From Methanosphaera stadtmanae DSM 3091 (lineage in GTDB: Archaea; Methanobacteriota; Methanobacteria; Methanobacteriales; Methanobacteriaceae), in the NCBI RefSeq assembly GCF_000012545.1, contig NC_007681.1:540001-572000 (forward strand): 32,000 nt of DNA. The letters are read 5' to 3'. The notes under the pieces are model-generated. The model made no database searches. It worked only from the letters and a program-made list of their open reading frames with translations, and had not been told where the DNA came from. The position numbers and the translations under genes are program-made. Positions 27,251 through 32,000 of this stretch are shown in pieces; within the stretch, counting starts at the first letter, position 1; every line of letters starts with the position of its first letter.

Positions 27251-28428
27251 ACAAACATCTTTTGAAGTAAATCCTTTTTATATCTTTTTTCATAATTTAT
27301 TTTCTTACTTAAATATTCTAATTTAATATCAATATTAGATAATATATTAACAATATTTATTTGTGTTTCATACGATGGAATCCTAATAGGAATCATATTT
27401 AAGGTTTCTTTATTCAAAGTTATTCCTTTTGCTGCTTGTGAGCCATATTTTTTTAAATTAATTGAACTTAAATAATAATACATAAATTCTGTATTTATAT
27501 TTTTATTTTTCCATTGAAAATTACATATTGCTTCATTAGAATACATATCCTCTTTTAATATTCCTAATTTACCAATAGTTAATTTAAAACTCATAACAAG
27601 AGTATCTTTCTTTATGATCTCTTTTTTACCAATAGCTATTTTAGTAATATGTTTTTTAGTTTTTGAAATATATTTACTTCCCATATCACTTACAGCCAAC
27701 CATTTAATGTTACCATTCCAATATTCTTCTTTTTTAGTTGAAGGTGTAAATCCCATTTTAATAATAGCAATATCTTTTAGGTTCTTTTTGTTCCAATCAC
27801 TAGTATTGGAAAATAAAACATGTGAATAATATTTCTTTATATTTTGGTATAATGTATGTTTCTTTTCCATGAACCCAATCTTTTTATCAATAGCTGATAA
27901 GAAATCAGCTATTTTTTCTTGTTCAGAAATTGAAGGAAAAAGATGTTTCGTATTAAAAAAATCATTAATGGGTATATTTAATAATCCATGATTTCTAGCA
28001 CCTTCTACAGCTATCTTATACATTTCTTTATTCCATTTATTCGAATCAAAATATATTTTTAAAAAATTACTATTGATCTTATTTGTAATTTCAAAACAAA
28101 TGTATAATGTAGATATAGCTCCTTGATTATATAAATCTAATCTTTTCACAGCACCATAAGGAAATCCATTAGAATAACTTTTATTATATGCAAATTCACC
28201 TTTTTTTAATAAGTAATATCCTTTTAAATTTTTACTGGCCACATATTTATCAAAAAATTCTATTTGATCTATTAATCCGTATTTAGCAGAAATAGTCAAA
28301 GGTCTTTTCGTTTCTAAATTTTTATTTTTTCTAATGATTCTTGTTACTACATCACATAATTTATAAGTAATCCATTCCCCTTCAAACTCTGGAAATCGTA
28401 GTTCTGGTATGTTTTTATTACATTGCAA
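27247..28428 (-). CDS. hsdS: silent (archived) full-length hsdS allele, TRD1-alpha / TRD2-delta, lacking an ATG and its own hsdM or promoter context
   Basis: Residues 2 to about 190 are identical to the expression-site HsdS (IR1). A different central region 'KHTLYQNIKKYY' and TRD ('GFTPSTKKEEYWNGNIKWL', 'SNEAICNF') follow, ending in 'LLQKMFV'. The listed start is a TTG. It converges on the gamma cassette, sharing TTAA (27247-27250) as overlapping stops. Confidence 0.8.
   Translation of the reverse strand: MQCNKNIPELRFPEFEGEWITYKLCDVVTRIIRKNKNLETKRPLTISAKYGLIDQIEFFDKYVASKNLKGYYLLKKGEFAYNKSYSNGFPYGAVKRLDLYNQGAISTLYICFEITNKINSNFLKIYFDSNKWNKEMYKIAVEGARNHGLLNIPINDFFNTKHLFPSISEQEKIADFLSAIDKKIGFMEKKHTLYQNIKKYYSHVLFSNTSDWNKKNLKDIAIIKMGFTPSTKKEEYWNGNIKWLAVSDMGSKYISKTKKHITKIAIGKKEIIKKDTLVMSFKLTIGKLGILKEDMYSNEAICNFQWKNKNINTEFMYYYLSSINLKKYGSQAAKGITLNKETLNMIPIRIPSYETQINIVNILSNIDIKLEYLSKKINYEKRYKKDLLQKMFV
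27825..27852 (-). repeat. IR2 right copy
   Basis: Reverse complement equals 26651-26678 exactly. Confidence 0.9.
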
Positions 28429-28439
28429 TTCCTGACTAT
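27862..28439 (-). repeat. IR1 right copy
   Basis: Reverse complement equals 24417-24994 exactly. Confidence 0.95.
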
Positions 28440-28605
28440 ATAGTTTAAATAATCATCATACTAGTTTTAAAAGAAAAGTTTAAGTCATTAATTTTTCATA
28501 AAAAGTTTCATAAATAAAAACAAGAAATTAACTTTTAATGGATTTAAATGTGTATTATAATATAAAGAATAATATTCTTTAAAAAAAGATAAAATGAATC
28601 AATAT

Positions 28606-29805
28606 CTATTCTTTAGATATTTTAATCATTTCATTTAGGAGTGTGTGGCCAATTATTGTATCGTATTTTCCTTGGCTCATGTCTTCTGAGAAAATTTGTG
28701 TATCATCTGGTGTTTTTATATTTGTACTGTATATTGCAAATGGTACTGGTGACATTGTATGTGTTTTTATGTTAATTGGTGTTGGATGGTCTGGTAGTAG
28801 GGCTATTGTATAATCTTCATCTATATTTGGTAGTTCTTTTAATAATTTTTCAAGTATGATACTGTCAATGTTTTCTATTGCTCTTATTTTTTCAGGTAGA
28901 TTTCCTTCATGTCCTGCTTCATCTGGTGCTTCAATGTGTATAAATTGTACATCATGTGTTTTTAGTGATTCGAGTGCATAGTCTACTTTGTTTTGATAAT
29001 TTGTATCGAAGTATGCTGTTGCTCCAGGAACTTCTATTACATCTAAATCAATATATGTACTTATTCCTTTTAATAGGTCTACTCCGGTGATTGTAGCTCC
29101 TTTTAGTCCATATTTTTCTGGGAAGTTTCCAATTACTGGTTTTGCTCCTTGTCCCCATAACCATATCATGTTTGCTGGTAGTTTTCCTTCTTCTATTCTT
29201 TTTTTGTTTACTGGATGGTTTTCTAAAACTTCAACTGAATCTTCCATTAATTTGTTTATTAGTTTTGATTTTTCATTTTCTGGTTTTAGGTTGTTATTGC
29301 TTGTTTGTTGTCCTACAACATCATGTGGTGGTGTGGATTTTAAATCTTCCATTGCAATATCTGAAATTACAAATAAGTTTCTGTAACTTACTCCTGTATA
29401 GAATTGTCCTATATCACCAAAATGTTCATTTAATGCTTTTATAAGTTCATCTGCTTCTTCTGTTGTGATATGATCTGCTGTAAAATCATTGATGGCTCCA
29501 TCTTTTACATTTATGAAGTTAAGACGGAATGCCACGTCATTATCATTGAGTTCTACTCCAACACTTGGTGCTTCTAGTGGTCCTCTTCCTTTGAGCATTG
29601 ATGGATCAAATCCCATAATTGATGTGTTTGCAACATCACTACCTGGAGTCATTCCATCAGGAACATTTTTTGTAAGTCCTGTGTATCCTTCTCTTGCTAT
29701 AAAGTCCATATTTGGAGTATTTGCATGAACTACTGGAGTTTCACCATTGATTTCATCTAATGGCTCATCAGCCATACCATCTGCTATTACTATTACGTAT
29801 TTCAT
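28606..29805 (-). CDS. apgM: archaeal-type cofactor-independent phosphoglycerate mutase
   Basis: 399-aa ORF. 'MKYVIVIADGMADEP', 'HIEAPDEAGHEGN' and 'LLPDHPTP' are the characteristic ApgM metal-site motifs. Confidence 0.85.
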   Translation of the reverse strand: MKYVIVIADGMADEPLDEINGETPVVHANTPNMDFIAREGYTGLTKNVPDGMTPGSDVANTSIMGFDPSMLKGRGPLEAPSVGVELNDNDVAFRLNFINVKDGAINDFTADHITTEEADELIKALNEHFGDIGQFYTGVSYRNLFVISDIAMEDLKSTPPHDVVGQQTSNNNLKPENEKSKLINKLMEDSVEVLENHPVNKKRIEEGKLPANMIWLWGQGAKPVIGNFPEKYGLKGATITGVDLLKGISTYIDLDVIEVPGATAYFDTNYQNKVDYALESLKTHDVQFIHIEAPDEAGHEGNLPEKIRAIENIDSIILEKLLKELPNIDEDYTIALLPDHPTPINIKTHTMSPVPFAIYSTNIKTPDDTQIFSEDMSQGKYDTIIGHTLLNEMIKISKE

Positions 29806-29889
29806 TGTATCACTTGTATGTTTTTTTTTATTATATTATATTATTATATTTAGATATTATATTTTTTTAGGTTAACTTAAACTTTTTTT

Positions 29890-30633
29890 TTAGTGTACAT
29901 GATTACAACTACATCTTTCTTTACTATATGGACTTCCAGATAAGTCCCAGTCTATAAGGTCATAGTTTTCATAAACATCACATAACACATCTCTTATTTC
30001 CATCATTGCAAATCCAAAGAGGTTTTGACCTATTAATTTACCATCATCAATAGTTACACCCCATTCTAGGTTGTCACTTTTAAAGACAATACATCTATCT
30101 TTTGTTTTTATAAGTTCCTTTGTAAAGTTTATATCTGTAACAATCTTATAGTAGAGTGCATTAAGATATAATGTGTATTTTAATTCATTCCAAAGCTCTG
30201 GAGATTTACTTTTTAAGTCATTTTCTATTAATGATATGATTTCTTTTGCTGAATCATATGTTTTTGTACCAATATGGATGTGATGTGTAGTGTCCTTATA
30301 GATTGTATCATACATTTGAATGTAGTTTTTATCTTCATTAAAATCAATATTATATTTAGGTTTTCCATCCCTTGTCCATAACTTAATAAAGAGTGGTTTA
30401 AGGGTACTTTTAATTAATTCTTGTGCATCTTCACTTAATGAAGTTGAAGGTTCTAATTCTTGTGTAAATGTTGGGGCTTTTGGAAAGATTTTATAGTATT
30501 TGTCTTTATCTGTTATATTTTTATTAAATTTAATAAGATATTCTGCACCACTACCATTTCTCCAGAAATCAGATTTTTCAGGGGCTGTAGGGTATTTAAT
30601 CCATGGGGGAGCAATATATTTGTCATCTGTCAT
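29890..30633 (-). CDS. protein with C-terminal NADAR (DUF1768/YbiA-like) domain
   Basis: GGTGAT RBS before ATG 30633; the track start at 30645 is a TTG. The C-terminal 'WNELKYTLYLNALYYKI...ELIKTKDRCIVFKSDNLEWGVTIDDGKLIGQNLFGFAMMEIR' follows the NADAR pattern (W...KF...L..T....E.s..D..WG.g.d..G.N.LG..LM..R). The N-terminal 'PPWIKYP...FWRNGSGAEYL' domain is not identified. Confidence 0.5.
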   Translation of the reverse strand: MTDDKYIAPPWIKYPTAPEKSDFWRNGSGAEYLIKFNKNITDKDKYYKIFPKAPTFTQELEPSTSLSEDAQELIKSTLKPLFIKLWTRDGKPKYNIDFNEDKNYIQMYDTIYKDTTHHIHIGTKTYDSAKEIISLIENDLKSKSPELWNELKYTLYLNALYYKIVTDINFTKELIKTKDRCIVFKSDNLEWGVTIDDGKLIGQNLFGFAMMEIRDVLCDVYENYDLIDWDLSGSPYSKERCSCNHVH

Positions 30634-30746
30634 TATTATCACCAAAAAATATTTTTTTAAAAGAAGTGTTTTTTACATAAAATATGTAAAAAATAGTTTT
30701 TAAAGATTTTACTTTAAAAAAAGGTTAAGAAGCAGAAAAATAATAT

Positions 30747-31778
30747 TTAATTGTTATTATTTTTTCCTATACTAATTATATCACTTAAAATTGCAGAAGC
30801 TGTTTCTATTGAACCAGCACCTACTCCAACTACTGTCACATCTTCAGATAAATCAGTTTTTAAAGTAATTACATTTAAAGTACCATTCACTGCAAATGGT
30901 GAGCCTTGTTTAACTAGCATTGGAGCAACTCTAAGTTTACCATCGTTTGCTTCAGCAACTAATTTTATTAAATAACCATCTTTTAGAGCTAATTTAACAG
31001 CATTGGATGATATTCCAGAAATTCCTTCTCTTGAAACATCATCTAGTGTTACATCCCAACCCATTAATGAATTTGCAATAATAACTATTTTACATGCAGC
31101 ATCTAATCCTTCAACATCTTGGTATGGATTTGTTTCGGCTATTCCTAATTCTTGGGCTTCTTTTAATGTTGGTTCATATTCTGTTCCTTCATTTGCCATG
31201 CGTGATAATATGTAGTTTGTTGTACCATTTAATATTCCTTGTACTGAATGAATATTATTTCCTGCTAATGATTCTCTTGCTAAGTTAATAACAGGCATAG
31301 TTCCACCAACAGATGCTTCAAATCTAAATTTAACATTATTTTCACGTGCTGTTTCAATTAATGTTTTAAAGTTAAGTGCAAGTGGTCCTTTATTTGATGT
31401 AACAACATCTTTTTTATCATTCATTGCTTTTAATATATGTGTTTGTGTTGGTTGTCCATCATCAATATTTGTTGGTGTTGCTTCAACTAAACAATCATAT
31501 TCTGCCTTGTCAAGAACTTCCACACCATCAACACCACTAACACCATATTCTGGATAGTCCTTTATTTTTCCAGTTTTTTCTTTAGTATCTAGTGCTTGTT
31601 GTAAATCTAAACCATTAGGATTAATAGCAGCACCTGATCTATCACTTATTGCTGTTATTTCCAAGTCAATACCATATTTTTCTATTAATTCTTCATGTTT
31701 CATTAAAACAACTTTAGCTAATCCTTGTCCTACTGCTCCAAAACCAAGAACACATAGTCTCATCTTATTTGATGTCAT
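30747..31778 (-). CDS. hom: homoserine dehydrogenase
   Basis: 343-aa ORF with an AGGAGAG RBS. NAD-binding '[12 protein letters not shown]', plus '[12 protein letters not shown]' and '[14 protein letters not shown]' typical of Hom. Confidence 0.85.
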   Translation of the reverse strand: MTSNKMRLCVLGFGAVGQGLAKVVLMKHEELIEKYGIDLEITAISDRSGAAINPNGLDLQQALDTKEKTGKIKDYPEYGVSGVDGVEVLDKAEYDCLVEATPTNIDDGQPTQTHILKAMNDKKDVVTSNKGPLALNFKTLIETARENNVKFRFEASVGGTMPVINLARESLAGNNIHSVQGILNGTTNYILSRMANEGTEYEPTLKEAQELGIAETNPYQDVEGLDAACKIVIIANSLMGWDVTLDDVSREGISGISSNAVKLALKDGYLIKLVAEANDGKLRVAPMLVKQGSPFAVNGTLNVITLKTDLSEDVTVVGVGAGSIETASAILSDIISIGKNNNN

Positions 31779-31792
31779 TGATATAATCTCTC

Positions 31793-32000
31793 CTAGATTT
31801 CTTTAATTAATACTAAGTTATCATTGTCTGCAATTTCTTGTAGGCGACGTGTTGTTTCTAGACGTTTGTTATTTCTTGTCTCAAGAACAACTTTACATAC
31901 AGATTCCTTTAGATCATTTCCAATATTCAAATCTATACTGGAAATTTTAATATCATCTAATTCATCAATTTTATGTACTGTGTCCATGATGTTATTTGTA
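31793..32000 (-). CDS. C-terminal part of a small ORF upstream of hom (possibly an ACT-domain regulatory protein), 5'-truncated by the window edge
   Basis: The frame is open to the window end: ...[14 protein letters not shown]... Its stop (TAG) is embedded in the hom RBS. The ACT assignment rests only on context and size, not on a motif. Confidence 0.3.
   Translation of the reverse strand, partial: TNNIMDTVHKIDELDDIKISSIDLNIGNDLKESVCKVVLETRNNKRLETTRRLQEIADNDNLVLIKEI

Noticed and set aside
28563-28581. 19-bp perfect palindrome TAAAGAATA-A-TATTCTTTA downstream of apgM. Similar small hairpins occur at 185-207 and 18839-18864.
   Set aside because: Short A/T-only palindromes are expected frequently at this base composition. 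They could be terminator-associated, but there is no supporting evidence, so I do not report them as features.

Overview
This is a very AT-rich, archaeal-looking window. It is most consistent with a Methanobacteriales methanogen: it has an archaeal-type ApgM, a homoserine dehydrogenase and an ISM1-like insertion sequence. The taxon is an inference. About 28.5 kb (1-28600) is a defence island, and conserved metabolism genes follow on the minus strand (apgM, a NADAR-like gene, hom, and a partial ACT-like ORF at the window edge). The island has five parts. (1) A minus-strand block holds a DUF1802/ASCH-like protein, a 1250-aa SEC-C-motif protein with a C-terminal PD-(D/E)xK nuclease signature, a DUF2971 protein and an unknown ORF. 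(2) A plus-strand operon runs RHH regulator, PLD-like/SNF2 helicase, DUF4391-like protein, Type III-like Mod, Type III Res. It is visibly decaying. The helicase is split by a 1-nt frameshift in a T7 run. Mod is cleanly interrupted by a 1529-bp IS with 26-bp inverted repeats and an 8-bp target duplication. Res looks intact. (3) Downstream of res lie a small ORF made almost entirely of 14 perfect 12-bp repeats and a 3-TM protein. (4) An 820-bp non-coding gap carries an iteron-like array of GTGCYACA boxes. (5) A Type I R-M locus has a divergent hsdR, then half-size S, hsdM, hsdS. A tyrosine recombinase and two silent hsdS segments follow, bounded by a perfect 578-bp and a perfect 28-bp inverted repeat. 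This is an hsdS inversion shufflon predicted to give three specificities. A duplicated two-box operator/TATA module flanks hsdR. I found no rRNA, tRNA or CRISPR array. All domain calls come from motifs read by eye in the supplied translations; no database searches were run.
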